Shown here piece by piece: positions 1 through 10,657 of a DNA stretch of 64,000 nucleotides. The translations under genes were made by a program, and so were the position numbers. The DNA lies in the NCBI GenBank assembly GCA_963813155.1, contig CAWEYG010000002.1, forward strand, positions 64,001-128,000, in the 5' to 3' direction. Each line of letters starts with the position of its first letter. Position 1 is the first letter of the stretch. The stretch comes from an uncultured Acidobacteriota bacterium. GTDB taxonomy: Bacteria > Acidobacteriota > Thermoanaerobaculia > UBA5066 > DATFVB01. Below the pieces are notes generated by a model. It did no database searches and had not been told where the DNA came from. It saw only the letters and a program-made list of their open reading frames with translations.

Positions 1-73
1 AGTCCCGGCCCCGCGGGCGAACAGAAGCGCTTGTCCGCCGAAAAAAAGCCTCCGGCGTCGTCGCGCTCCCGCT

Positions 74-1012
74 CTAGAACGCTCCGCTGACGGCCTTGCT
101 GGGCGTTCCGTCGTGGGTCGTGTTGTCGATCTGATCGATGACCGCGTCGATGGCCGAACTCCCCGAGACGACGTTGATCGTGAGGAGCACAGTATCTTCG
201 CTCGCCGGAATCCCGAGCTGGGAGAAGACCGCCACGACGACGGTGGCTCCCGGCGCAAGGCCCGTGATTTTGAACGGGGTGCCCACGGGGTTCCCGCTCG
301 AGTTCGAGAAAGCGGAAACCAGGATGTCCACGGCGGAAGCCGTGCCCGATCCCGTCGGCGTGAGACCGGTGTTGTTGACGAAAAGGTTCGAATAGAGCTG
401 CGGGCCCGCCTTGCCGACCGTGTCCCTCGCGGTACAGACGAGCTTCGTCGGCTCGCTCGTGGTGATCTCGCGCCCGTTGATCGCCTGGCCGACCGTCCCG
501 CCGAAAGCGCTGTTGTAGAAACGCGCGGTGGCGCTGCCCTCGCCGCTCTTGAAAAACCCGTTGAAAATGAAGAGCGTCGAGCCGAGAATCCCGTTCGTTT
601 CGACGCTCGAAGGCAGGAGGCCCGCGGCGACGAGGGCATCCACGAAATCGTCATAGTGCGCGTTCATGTGGCCGCGGACGGCGCCGCCGGTCCCCTGAGC
701 GACGAGCGCGCCGGAGCTCGAAATGCTGCCCTTCGCGGAAAATGGGGAACCGCCGCTCGTCCCGTCGAAATAGAAATCGATCTGGGTCGCCGACGCCGCG
801 TTGTTGCCGACGTCGACGGCAGTTTTGAAGAGGGTATTCCCGCTGCCGACCAGTCTTCCGACCGCGGCCAGATTCACGCCGAGCCCCGTCGCGATCCCCG
901 CGAGCCTGACTTGCGAGGTCTCCCAGTCGGCGACGGTCCCGCGAACGCCCGCGGCCGCGGGCAGGGCGAGCAGGAGGAGGAAACCGGGAAGAACCGCGCT
1001 TTTTTTCGTCAT
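74..1012 (-). CDS. Secreted hypothetical protein (predicted beta-rich, unnamed family)
   Basis: ATG at 1012 with an upstream GGAG; signal peptide MTKKSAVLPGFLLLLALPAAAG; C-terminal part of ORF 74..2050. Confidence 0.75.
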   Translation of the reverse strand: MTKKSAVLPGFLLLLALPAAAGVRGTVADWETSQVRLAGIATGLGVNLAAVGRLVGSGNTLFKTAVDVGNNAASATQIDFYFDGTSGGSPFSAKGSISSSGALVAQGTGGAVRGHMNAHYDDFVDALVAAGLLPSSVETNGILGSTLFIFNGFFKSGEGSATARFYNSAFGGTVGQAINGREITTSEPTKLVCTARDTVGKAGPQLYSNLFVNNTGLTPTGSGTASAVDILVSAFSNSSGNPVGTPFKITGLAPGATVVVAVFSQLGIPASEDTVLLTINVVSGSSAIDAVIDQIDNTTHDGTPSKAVSGAF

Positions 1013-1055
1013 CAGCGTCTCCCTTTCGCGTCGTTGCATCCAACCTCGGCGGCCT

Positions 1056-2114
1056 TCACGGCCGCGTTCCCGTCGTCCGAATCGTCCCGCCCGGGATTCG
1101 AAGCACGCACCCGCGCCCCGGCGAAACGCACCCGCCGGAAGCGGCCGGAACGAGTTTGCCGATCTTGTTGGCGTGTTGCTCGGTGAACCAGAGCGCACCG
1201 TCCGATCCCGAAGTGATGCCGACCGGCCCGCTCGCGGCCGTGGGAATGTTGAATTCCGTGATCGCGCCGGCCGTGGAGATCCGCCCGATCTTGTTGCCGC
1301 TCTGCTCAGTAAACCAAAGCGCACCGTCCGATCCCGAAGCGATGCCGTTAGGAATGCTCGAAGCCGTGGGAACATTGAATTCCGTGATCGCGCCGGCCGT
1401 GGTGATCCGCCCGATCTTGCTGACGAAGTTCTCTGTAAACCAGAGCGAGCCATCCGGTCCCGAAGCGATGGCTTGAGACCCGCTGCCGGCTGTGGGAACA
1501 GCGAATTCGGTGACGGCGCCCGCGGTGGTAATCCGCCCGATCTTGCTACCGTTCGACTCAGTGAACCAGAGCGCGCCGTCCGGTCCGGGAGCAATATCCC
1601 AGGGCGAGCTGGCGGCCGTGGGAACAATGAATTCGGTGACCGCGCCGCCGGTCGTGATCCGCCCGATCTTGCCGGCGTGCTGCTCCGTAAACCACAGCGC
1701 TCCGTCAGGTCCCGAAGTGATGCCGTGAGGCGAGCTTGAGCCAGTGGGAACAGTGAATTCGGTGACCGCGCCGCCGGTCGTGATCCGCCCGATCTTGCCG
1801 ACGAAACTCTCGCTGAACCACAGCGCTCCGTCCGGTCCTGAGACGATGTGCCAGGGAAAACTGCCGGCCGTGGGAATATTGAATTCGGTGATCGCGCCGG
1901 CGGTCGTGATCCGCCCGATCTTGTCGCTGATCTGCTCCGTAAACCAGAGCGCTCCATCCGGTCCCGAAGTGATGTCCCAGACGAAGCTCCCGGCTGTGGG
2001 AACATCGAATTCGCTGAACGTCGGCGTCTGCCCGCTCGCGGTCCCTTCACCGACCAGGTTGATCGCGCCGACGACCATCACGACCGCGAGGATGACCCGC
2101 CGCGGGAAATGCAT
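1056..2114 (-). CDS. Secreted Vgb (virginiamycin B lyase)-like beta-propeller repeat protein
   Basis: Signal peptide, then about 7 tandem 42-aa repeats [24 protein letters not shown]. Confidence 0.85.
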   Translation of the reverse strand: MHFPRRVILAVVMVVGAINLVGEGTASGQTPTFSEFDVPTAGSFVWDITSGPDGALWFTEQISDKIGRITTAGAITEFNIPTAGSFPWHIVSGPDGALWFSESFVGKIGRITTGGAVTEFTVPTGSSSPHGITSGPDGALWFTEQHAGKIGRITTGGAVTEFIVPTAASSPWDIAPGPDGALWFTESNGSKIGRITTAGAVTEFAVPTAGSGSQAIASGPDGSLWFTENFVSKIGRITTAGAITEFNVPTASSIPNGIASGSDGALWFTEQSGNKIGRISTAGAITEFNIPTAASGPVGITSGSDGALWFTEQHANKIGKLVPAASGGCVSPGRGCVLRIPGGTIRTTGTRP

Positions 2115-2188
2115 TCTGCCTCCAACATACCCTTGAGACTCGCGACCCGCAACCCTTTCGCGCCGAACGATGCAATAAACTAGGATCG

Positions 2189-4979
2189 ATGAACAAAGAG
2201 ACGCCTTCGCTCGACAGTTTCCACACCCGAACCTCGATCTCCTCCGGCGGAAAGACCTACGAAGTCTCATCTCTTCCTCTTCTGGAAAAAGCCGGGTTCC
2301 CGGAAATCTCGAGGCTTCCGGTGTCGCTTCGCATCCTGCTCGAGAACCTGCTGCGGCTCGAAGACGGCCGCGTCGTCAAGAAAGCGGATATCGAAGCGCT
2401 CGCGCGCTGGGACGCGAAGGCCGAGCCGTCCCGGGAGATCCAGTTCACTCCCGCGCGCGTGCTGTTGCAGGACTTCACGGGCGTTCCATGCGTCGTCGAC
2501 CTCGCGGCCATGAGGGATCAGATTCAACAGTGGGGCGGCGACCCGGCGCGGATCAACCCGCTGCGCCCGGCCGACCTCGTCATCGACCACTCCGTGCAGG
2601 TCGATTCGTACGGGACCCCGCAGTCGTTCGCCGCGAACGCGAAGATCGAGTTCGAGCGCAACCGCGAGCGCTACGCGTTCCTGAAGTGGGGACAGACGGC
2701 GTTCGACCGGTTCCGGGTCGTTCCGCCGGACACCGGCATCGTGCACCAGGTCAACCTCGAGTACCTCGCGTCGGTCACGTTCGCCGAGAGCGCGAACGGC
2801 GGCCACCGCGCGTTCTTCGACACGCTCGTCGGGACGGACTCGCACACGACGATGATCAACGGGCTTGGCGTCCTCGGCTGGGGCGTCGGCGGCATCGAGG
2901 CAGAAGCGGCGCTGCTCGGCCAGCCGATCTCCATGCTCATTCCGCAGGTCGTCGGATTTCGGCTCTCCGGAAAGCTGCCGGCCGGGGCGACGGCGACCGA
3001 CCTCGTGCTCACGGTCACCCAGATGCTGCGCGCCCGGGGGGTCGTCGGGAAGTTCGTCGAGTTCTTCGGACCGGGCGTCCCGGCGCTCGCGCTCGCGGAC
3101 CGCGCGACGATCGCGAACATGTCGCCCGAGTACGGGGCGACGGTCGGCTTCTTCCCGGTCGACGAGGAGACCCTGCGGTACCTGCGCCTCTCCGGCCGGA
3201 GCGACGAACAGGTCGCGCTGACGGAGGCCTACTTCCGCGCGCAGGGCGTCTTCGGAGCCGCGCACGAGCCGGTGTATTCCGACCGGCTGGAGCTCGACCT
3301 CGGGAACGTGGAGCCGTCGATCGCGGGCCCGAAGCGGCCCCAGGACCGCATCGCCCTTCGCGACTCCCAGCGCTCCTTCCGCAAAGCGCTCGTCCAGCTG
3401 CTCGAGAAGAGCACGAACCGGGTGAGCCCCAACGCGATCGAAAGGTTCGTCGGCGAGGGCGGCAACCCGAAGAAAGTTCCGACGTCGATGCAGCGGCCGG
3501 AAGAGCTCGGCCACCTCGGCACGACGGCGGAAGTCCAGCTCGAGCAGGAGCGCGTGACGATCGGCCACGGCTCGATCGTGATCGCCGCGATCACGTCGTG
3601 CACGAACACGTCGAATCCCTCCGTGATGATCGCCGCGGGCCTCCTCGCGAAGAAAGCGGCGGACAGGGGCATGAAAGTCCCGAGCTGGGTCAAGACGAGC
3701 CTCGCGCCCGGCTCGAAGGTCGTCACGGAGTATCTCCAGGCGGCGGGACTCCAGGATTCGCTCGACCGGCTCGGCTTCAACCTCGTCGGATACGGCTGCA
3801 CGACGTGCATCGGAAACAGCGGCCCGCTGCCGGAGGCGATCGGCCAGGCCGTCAAGGAGAGCGACCTCGTCGTCGCGGCGGTGCTCTCGGGAAACCGCAA
3901 CTTCGAGGGGCGGATCAATCCCCTCGTTCGCGCAAACTACCTCATGTCGCCGCCGCTCGTCGTCGCCTACGCGCTCGCGGGAGACATGTGCGTCGACGTC
4001 GCGACGGAGCCCCTGGGCTGCGGCGCGGACGGCCGCGACGTGTACCTCCGGGACATCTGGCCCTCGCCGCAGGAAGTCGAGGAGGCCGTTGCGCGGGCCG
4101 TCACCTCGGAACAGTTCCACAAGGCCTATTCACAAGTCTTCGAAGGGGAAGAGACGTGGAACTCCATCCCCGTTCCGCAGGGAAAGGTCTACGCGTGGCC
4201 AGATTCGACCTACATCAAGTCCCCGAGCTTCCTCCACGACCTCCCGAAGACCCCCGCCCCGCTCTCGGACATTCGCGGGGCGCGCGTGCTCGCGCTGCTC
4301 GGAGATTCGGTGACGACCGATCACATCTCGCCCGCCGGGTCGATCGCCGCCGACGGGCCCGGCCGGCAAGTACCTCCTGGAGCAGGGCGTCGAGGCGAAG
4401 CAGTTCAACTCGTACGGCTCGCGACGCGGAAACCACGAGGTGATGGTCCGGGGCACGTTCGCGAACGTCCGTCTGCGCAACCGGCTCGCGCCCGGCACCG
4501 AGGGCGGGATCACGATTCATTTTCCCGGCCGGGAGCAGCTGTCCATTTTCGATGCCGCGATGAAATACGAGGAGGAAGGCGTCCCGCTCGTGGTCCTCGC
4601 GGGGAAAGAGTATGGCTCCGGCTCGTCACGCGACTGGGCGGCGAAGGGCACGCGTCTCCTCGGCGTCCGGGCGGTCATCGCCGAGTCGTTCGAGCGGATC
4701 CACCGAAGCAACCTCATCGGCATGGGAGTGCTGCCGCTCGAGTTTCGGCCCGGCGAGAGCGTCGAGTCGCTCGGGCTCACGGGCGAGGAAGTGTTCGAGA
4801 TCGAAGGCGCGGCGGAAGGTTTTCACCCGGGAAAGAGGATGCTCGTGCGGGCGACGGCGCCCGGCGGCGTCGCGCGGGAGTTCTCAGCGGTCGCGCGGGT
4901 CGATACGCCGAACGAAGGGGATTACTTCCGACACGGCGGAATCCTCCCCTTCGTCCTGCGGTCGATGATGGGGCGCTAG
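2189..4979 (+). CDS. acnA: Aconitate hydratase A (frameshift near 4360)
   Basis: Motifs [50 protein letters not shown]; C-terminus ([12 protein letters not shown]) is in ORF 4440..4979. Confidence 0.95.
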
Positions 4980-5230
4980 GGCTTCGAGGAGACCTTTCGA
5001 ACGATCCACGTCAGCAGGATCGCCCCGATGACCGCCACGATGATCGTGTAGATCATCCCCCCTTCGGCGCTGAAGCCGAGGAGCCTCATGAGGAACCCGC
5101 CGGCGAGCGCCCCGATCAGACCGATGATGATGTCCATCAACGCGCCCTTGCCGGGGCCTCCCATGATCTTCCCCGTGAGCCATCCCGCGATCAGCCCGAC
5201 GATGAGCCACCAAATGATTCCCATGCTCAC
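4976..5230 (-). CDS. GlsB/YeaQ/YmgE family stress-response membrane protein
   Basis: 84 aa, three TM helices, [14 protein letters not shown]...[13 protein letters not shown] pattern. Confidence 0.85.
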   Translation of the reverse strand: MSMGIIWWLIVGLIAGWLTGKIMGGPGKGALMDIIIGLIGALAGGFLMRLLGFSAEGGMIYTIIVAVIGAILLTWIVRKVSSKP

Positions 5231-5745
5231 CTCCTCGCCTGCGAAATCCTCGACATCAGAAGCGCGAGCGCTCCGGCGCCGATGGCTTTCACCAGCGTCG
5301 GATGCTGCGCGTAGAAACCCGAGGCGACGTCCACGATCGAGGGGTCCTTCTTTTCGGCATGCTGGGCAAGGACCTGAACCTGGTCCGGCGTGACCTGGCT
5401 TGCCTGCGCGGGGGTGACGTTCCCGCTCTGCAGCGCTCCGCCGAGAGCACCGAGCCCGCCCGCCCCCGCCAGCACCGAGGACAGCCCGCCGGGCCCGAGC
5501 GCCGAAGCGATCTGATTCAACAGGCCGGCCTTCTGCTCCGGGGTCGACTGGTTGAAGAGCTGGGAGAGCATCTGCGCGAACGGAGGCGTCTGGTCGGAAT
5601 TGAACACGTGGGAAATCCCGTCCGCAAGCGTCCCCTGCGGCACCGCCTGCGCGACCTTGTCAAAGGTCGAGTGGACGTCCGCGGCGGGCAGGGTTCCGCT
5701 CGCCATCTGCTTCGCCAGATCGCCGAGAGAATCGAGCAGTCCCAT
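5227..5745 (-). CDS. Hypothetical protein (YidB-like, MGLLD start)
   Basis: 172-aa ORF with RBS GGAGG; overlaps next gene by 4 nt. Confidence 0.7.
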   Translation of the reverse strand: MGLLDSLGDLAKQMASGTLPAADVHSTFDKVAQAVPQGTLADGISHVFNSDQTPPFAQMLSQLFNQSTPEQKAGLLNQIASALGPGGLSSVLAGAGGLGALGGALQSGNVTPAQASQVTPDQVQVLAQHAEKKDPSIVDVASGFYAQHPTLVKAIGAGALALLMSRISQARR

Positions 5746-5758
5746 GGTGCTGACCTCC

Positions 5759-6657
5759 TTACTGCTTCTTGGGTTTTTCCTTCGACTCGTGATTGCCCGC
5801 GGCGACGGCGTCGGCCTCCGTCATGAACTTGCCGTGCTTCGTCTTGCCGTACCAGGGATCGCCTTCGCGGTGAAACACCTTCGTCGAAGTGTTGACCCAG
5901 ACCATTCCTTTGGACGGAGGAGTCTGCGCGACGACGTCGGAGGCGGGCGCGGCAGCGGCCGCCTTCGCGGGAGCCGGGGCGGGCGCGGGGTACGAAGGCG
6001 CGGAGGCGCGCGCAGGCGCGGGGGCGGGCGCGGCTTTCGCGGCGGGGGCTGCCGCGGCGGCGGCACCGACCGTCACGAGCGGCGAGATCTTCTCGATCGT
6101 CTTCGCGGAGACTCCCGCCTTCGAAAGATCGCCGACCGAGGTGTACGGCCGTCCCGCGACGATCTTCTTCGCCGTCGCGGCTCCGACGGCCGGCAGGGCT
6201 TCCAGCTCCTTCTCGGAGGCGCTGTTGAGGTCGACCGGTCCGGCCGCGGAGGAAGACGCGGCGGAAGCCGCCGAAGACTTCTTCTCCGCCTTCGACGCCT
6301 TCGCCTCGGGCGCGGCCTTCTTCGCCGCCTCGGGAGCCGCCGCAGACGCGCTCACCGTCACGAGCGGCTTCAGCTTGTCGATCGTCTTTGCAGAGACGCC
6401 GGCCTTCGACAGGTCGGCGACCGACGAGTAGGGGCGGCCGGCGACGATCTTCTTCGCCGTCGCGGCACCAACGCCGGGCAGGGCTTCGAGGTCCTTCGCC
6501 GAGGCCGTGTTCAGGTCCACCGGCGCGGCGGCGAGGCTTTCGGGGCGGCCTTTTCCTTCTCTTTGGCCTTCGCGGCGAGCAGGCCCGCCGGCGACAGGAA
6601 CAGAAAGACTGCGGCGGCGGCGACGAGATACCGGGAAACCTTCGTGGAAAATCGCAT
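5759..6657 (-). CDS. Secreted ComEA-like helix-hairpin-helix DNA-binding protein (frameshift near 6525)
   Basis: Two copies of [25 protein letters not shown]; Ala/Pro linker; C-terminal [19 protein letters not shown]; signal peptide MRFSTKVS lies in another frame. Confidence 0.8.
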
Positions 6658-6665
6658 CGTTCTCC

Positions 6666-6888
6666 TCACTTCTTCAAAATGTCGGGCAACTTGTCGGTGA
6701 GCCGCTTCTTCTGCTCGTCGACAAGCACGTTGATCTTCTGGGTGGCCTGCTCCTGCAGCTGGCCGGCCTTCTCCGCGAGCTTCTGTTTTCCCTGTTCCAG
6801 CAGGTCTTGCCCCTGCTTTTTCGGCGAGCTCCTTTCCCTGTTCCGCGAGCTCCTGGGCTTCTTCCTTGAGCTTGTCCATGATTCCCAT
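6666..6888 (-). CDS. Small hydrophilic helical protein (LEA/CsbD-like; one frameshift)
   Basis: [24 protein letters not shown] continues in a shifted frame as [16 protein letters not shown]...DILKK*; RBS GGAGG. Confidence 0.6.
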
Positions 6889-6980
6889 CGGGGTCAGCCC
6901 TCCTTCCTTGTGAACCTTCGACTTGCAAAAGGTGCCGGATCGTTGGAACAAGACTATAGTATTTGGAAGAGAGGGCCGCC

Positions 6981-7394
6981 ATGATCAAGGATTTCAAGGA
7001 CTTCCTGCTGAAGCAAAACGCGATCGCGCTGGCGATCGGCGTCATCATCGGCGCATCGATCGGCAAGGTCGTCAGTTCGATCGCGGACGACGTGATCAAC
7101 CCCGTGATCGGGCTTCTCCTGCCGGCGGGCGACTGGCGAAACGCAAAGATCGTGCTTTCGCGAGCGACCGATGCCGCCGGCAAGGTGACGGAGAACGCGA
7201 TCGCCTACGGCGACCTGATCGGCCGCCTCGTGGACTTCGTGATCATCGCGCTGGTCGTCTACCTCATCACGAAGACATTCCTCCCGAAGCCCGGGGCGCC
7301 GACGACGAAAGAGTGCCCGGAATGCCGCGAGGCGATTCCGGTCCTCGCGAAGCGGTGCAAGGCCTGCGGCCAGCCGCAACCGGTCGCCGGGTAG
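6981..7394 (+). CDS. mscL: Large-conductance mechanosensitive channel with C-terminal CxxC..CxxC tail
   Basis: MIKDFKDFLLKQNAIALAIGVIIG...SSIADDVINP; tail CPEC...CKAC. Confidence 0.9.
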   Translation: MIKDFKDFLLKQNAIALAIGVIIGASIGKVVSSIADDVINPVIGLLLPAGDWRNAKIVLSRATDAAGKVTENAIAYGDLIGRLVDFVIIALVVYLITKTFLPKPGAPTTKECPECREAIPVLAKRCKACGQPQPVAG

Positions 7395-7422
7395 GGGCAC
7401 TCCGCTCGCCACCGGCGCTCGA

Positions 7423-7437
7423 GGGCACGACTCTTGC
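7423..7437 (+). promoter_or_regulatory. Putative sigma-54 (-24/-12) promoter
   Basis: GGGCACGACTCTTGC = GG-N10-GC, 30 nt before ATG 7468. Confidence 0.6.
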
Positions 7438-7467
7438 TTCCGTGCGAGCCTCGGGAAGGAGTCCTAA

Positions 7468-8197
7468 ATGAAACGAGGGATTTTCACCGGGCTGGCCATC
7501 CTTGCAGGGTCGTGGGCCGCGGCCGAGGAGCCGCCCGCCGGGCCGCCTCCCGTCTGGTCGGGAAAAGCGGAGGCTTCGTACGTCTCGACGTCGGGCAATA
7601 CGAGCGTTCAGACGATCGGGGCGGGCATCGAAGCCGACTACAAGAAGGACATCTGGGACGGCCTCGCGAAGGGGGCGTTCGTCCAGGGAAAGACCGACGG
7701 CGAGACGACCGCGCGAACGATCGCGGCCGAGCTGCGCGGCGGGCGCCATTTCACGCCGCGGTTCGAGCTCTTCGCGCAGGGCGACTATTTCAAGAATGAG
7801 TTCGCCGGAATCGAGCACCGGATCTCCGGAGTGGGAGGCGTCGCCTATTCGGCCGTCAAGACGCCCGCGCAGGAGCTCAAGCTCCAGGCGGGGGTCGGGT
7901 ACACGAAAGAAGCACGCCTGGAAGGCGGGAGACCGCTCCTTCGCGACAGGGCTCGCCGGCTTCCTCTATAAAATCAAGCTCTCCTCGACGACCGATCTGT
8001 CCGACGAGTTCTCCTACGTCGAGAGCTTCAAGGACTCGAGCGACTGGCGGATCGCGAACGCCTTTTCCATTTCGGTCGCGATCAACAAAACGTTCTCGCT
8101 CAAGGCGTCGCACACGCTCGCGTTCCTGAACGAGCCGGTGCCGGGCTTCGGGAAGACCGACACGATCACGTCGGTCGCGCTCGTCGCGAAGTTCTAG
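7468..8197 (+). CDS. DUF481-type outer-membrane beta-barrel (frameshift near 7920)
   Basis: Signal peptide, WSGKAEASYVSTSGNT, alternating beta strands, C-terminal Phe (VALVAKF). Confidence 0.8.
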
Positions 8198-8453
8198 GGG
8201 CTTGCTCGCCCCGATTCGCGGCTAGCCCCAGCGCCGGTCTCGGCAAGTCTCTTCGACCCTCGGCCGCAGTTCGCTTTCCCTCGAACCCCCTCACCCGGCC
8301 TTCGGCCACCCTCTCCCTCAAGGTGAGAGGGGAGTTCGAGGGGAAACATCCCCTCGGTTTGACATGCGCGGCCGCCGGGCCTTCGCGCGCGAAGCGCGCG
8401 GCCGCGCCAGCCTGCGCCGGCGCGTTGGCCCCGCCGCTCCCGGGGCTCGCTCG
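8195..8453. repeat. Composite intergenic repeat: modules D and C flanking a REP-like hairpin
   Basis: 8195-8250 resembles revcomp of 46128-46180; 8414-8452 resembles revcomp of 45972-46011; inner CCCCTCACCCGGCCTTCGGCCACCCTCTCCCTCAAGGTGAGAGGGG at about 8286-8333. Confidence 0.7.
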
Positions 8454-9149
8454 CTACGGGGTCGCGCTCGACCGCGTCGCCATCAGCAATCCGAGCACGA
8501 CGCCGAGAACGGCGAGCAGCAGCAGGATCACGACCGCGAGCGGAATGAGCATCGCCGCAGCCGCGCGGCCCGGCGTCGTGCGGTGCATGCGAACGGCGCC
8601 CCGGAGGTTCAGGTAGAAGCCCCACACGAGCGCGATCAACCCTCCCATGAACGGCACAACGTTCGCGAGCATCGACACCGATGAATACGAGACGGTCCGG
8701 AACGTTCCCTCGAAGCGCGACGGGGAGTTCTTCAACCCGCCCACGAGCATCAGGCAGAGGTGAAAGATCGCCGACGCGATGAAGAGTCCGACCGTCACGC
8801 CAATCGCCGTCGCGATCGGCCAGAGGACGAGGGCGCAGCCGGTCGCCCGGTGAGGCCAGCCCGCCAGCCACCGGTTCCGGACCGCGAACGGAATGAACCG
8901 CATCCAGATCGGCGCGAACATCAACCCGTAGACCGCGCGAAAGAGCGAGCCGACGACGGCCGAGGCGATCCCGAAGAGGAGCGGGTCCTCGAGCCCGCCG
9001 CTCTCGCGCGTCCGGGCCCACGCGGCGTCGGGGTTCGAAAGGAACTGGGTCACGGTCTCGATGTACGCGCGCGCGACGCCGATCTGCGAGCGGTTCTCCC
9101 AGGGCAGAGCATCCGGGACCGAACCCGGCGGCGGAACTGCCGACATCAC
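8454..9149 (-). CDS. Yip1 family membrane protein
   Basis: LPWENR N-terminus, about 5 TM helices, FEGTFRTVSYS motif. Confidence 0.75.
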   Translation of the reverse strand: MMSAVPPPGSVPDALPWENRSQIGVARAYIETVTQFLSNPDAAWARTRESGGLEDPLLFGIASAVVGSLFRAVYGLMFAPIWMRFIPFAVRNRWLAGWPHRATGCALVLWPIATAIGVTVGLFIASAIFHLCLMLVGGLKNSPSRFEGTFRTVSYSSVSMLANVVPFMGGLIALVWGFYLNLRGAVRMHRTTPGRAAAAMLIPLAVVILLLLAVLGVVLGLLMATRSSATP

Positions 9150-9198
9150 GTCCTCCTTATGGAAACCTTCCGGAATTGTACTCCCGGCCCCGGGGGAA

Positions 9199-10537
9199 TC
9201 AGCGGCCGGCCGGGGAGGAAGACGCGTTGCGCCGGATCGTCGCGCGCAAGCCGTCCCGCGGCTCGGGCGGCGTCTTGTGGAAGTCGGTCTCGAAGCTCTG
9301 CGCCGGGAGCTGCCACGAATAGTCCCGCAGCAGGGCGATCGCGAAGACCTCCATGAAGAGCGTCGCGAAGTCGAGACCGGGGCAGCGGTGGCCCGAAGCC
9401 GGCCCGGCGCCCTGCGGCACGAACGCGTGCTCGTGGCGCTTGTCTTCGGCCCTTTCGGGCGAGAAGCGGTCCGGATCGAATTTCTCGGGATCGGTGAAGA
9501 CGCCGCGGGCCACGTGGCTGGGCCGCAGCGCCCACATCACCATCCAGCCCGCCGGAACCGACACGCCGTCGAAATCGAACGCTTTCCGGGCCTTCCCGAA
9601 AACCGCCGGAATGATCGGACAGAGCCGCTTCACCTCGTTGACGACCTGGAGGAGGTACGGCATTCTCGCGAGCTTCTCCGGCTTCAGCTCGCCCGAAGGA
9701 GACGCCTCGCGGATCTCCTCCGCGAGCCGCTCCCGGACGCCGGGGTTCTCCGTCAGGTGGCGCACCATCTCGCCGAGCTCCGCGTACACGATGAAGCCCG
9801 CGATCACGATGTGGTGGAGCTCCAGCGCGGCCTGGTCGTCCGTCAGCGGACGCGTCGGCGGCGAGAATGCGCGAGAGACCCTCGTCGCCGGGAGTCCGCC
9901 GTTTTTCCCGGATCCGGCCGAGCAGCGTTGCCAGAATTCGGTCGCGCGCGCGCAGCGCCTTCCAGTACCGGGTGCCGGGCGCGCGGATCGGCAGGGCCGC
10001 GAAGGCGCGCGTGACGACGCCGTAGTCCTGGCGAAGGCGGTCCATTTCCTCGCCCGCCGGCATTCCGATCACGGTCGAGCAGATCACCTCGATCGACAGG
10101 CGCTTCATGTCGTCGAGCCAGCGGATTTCTCCCTCTTCCGACCAGGACCGCAGGTAGCGCTCGACGCTTCCCTGGATCGCGGGAAGGTACGAGGCGAGCG
10201 CCTCGCGCGAGAAGCCCTGCAGCACGGCCCTTTTTCTCGCGGCATGCACCTCGCCGTCGAGCAGCGGCAGGCTTCGCCCGCCGAAGAGCTCCTGCACGTG
10301 CGGCGGCATCGCCCCCTCGCGCATCACGATGCCGGCGTCGATGAAAAGCCCCGCGGCGTCCGCGCCCGCGAGGACGACTGTTTTCCTCCCGAGGATCCGC
10401 GATCGGAAGATGCGGCCGTGGGTCGCGAGGCGATCGTCGATGAATCCGAACGGGTTCTTCGCGAACGAGAGCGTCTCGCCGACGAGAGGAAGCCCTTCGC
10501 TTCCCGGGGGAAGCCGGGGACCGGGTGTCGAGCTCAT
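9199..10537 (-). CDS. Cytochrome P450, atypical (frameshift near 9850)
   Basis: LPPGSEGLPLVGETL start, ExxR (EVKR), PDRF, heme motif FVPQGAGPASGHRCPG. Confidence 0.9.
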
Positions 10538-10657
10538 TTCTGTCCTCCGAGTTCTGTGTCAGACAGCATACGCCCGCGGAGAGGGAGCGGATTCCGCGAG
10601 TTTTCCCCGCGGATTTTGGCGTCGGGTTTGCAGCCCCGAAGCCCGGGAGCGACGAAC

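Noticed and set aside
1170-2010. 126-bp tandem repeats as a CRISPR or other non-coding array
   Set aside because: The repeats are in-frame propeller blades with synonymous variation and no unique spacers.
6911-6937. Sigma-54-like site CGGCACCTTTTGC upstream of 6888
   Set aside because: GG-to-GC spacing is 8 nt rather than the required 10.
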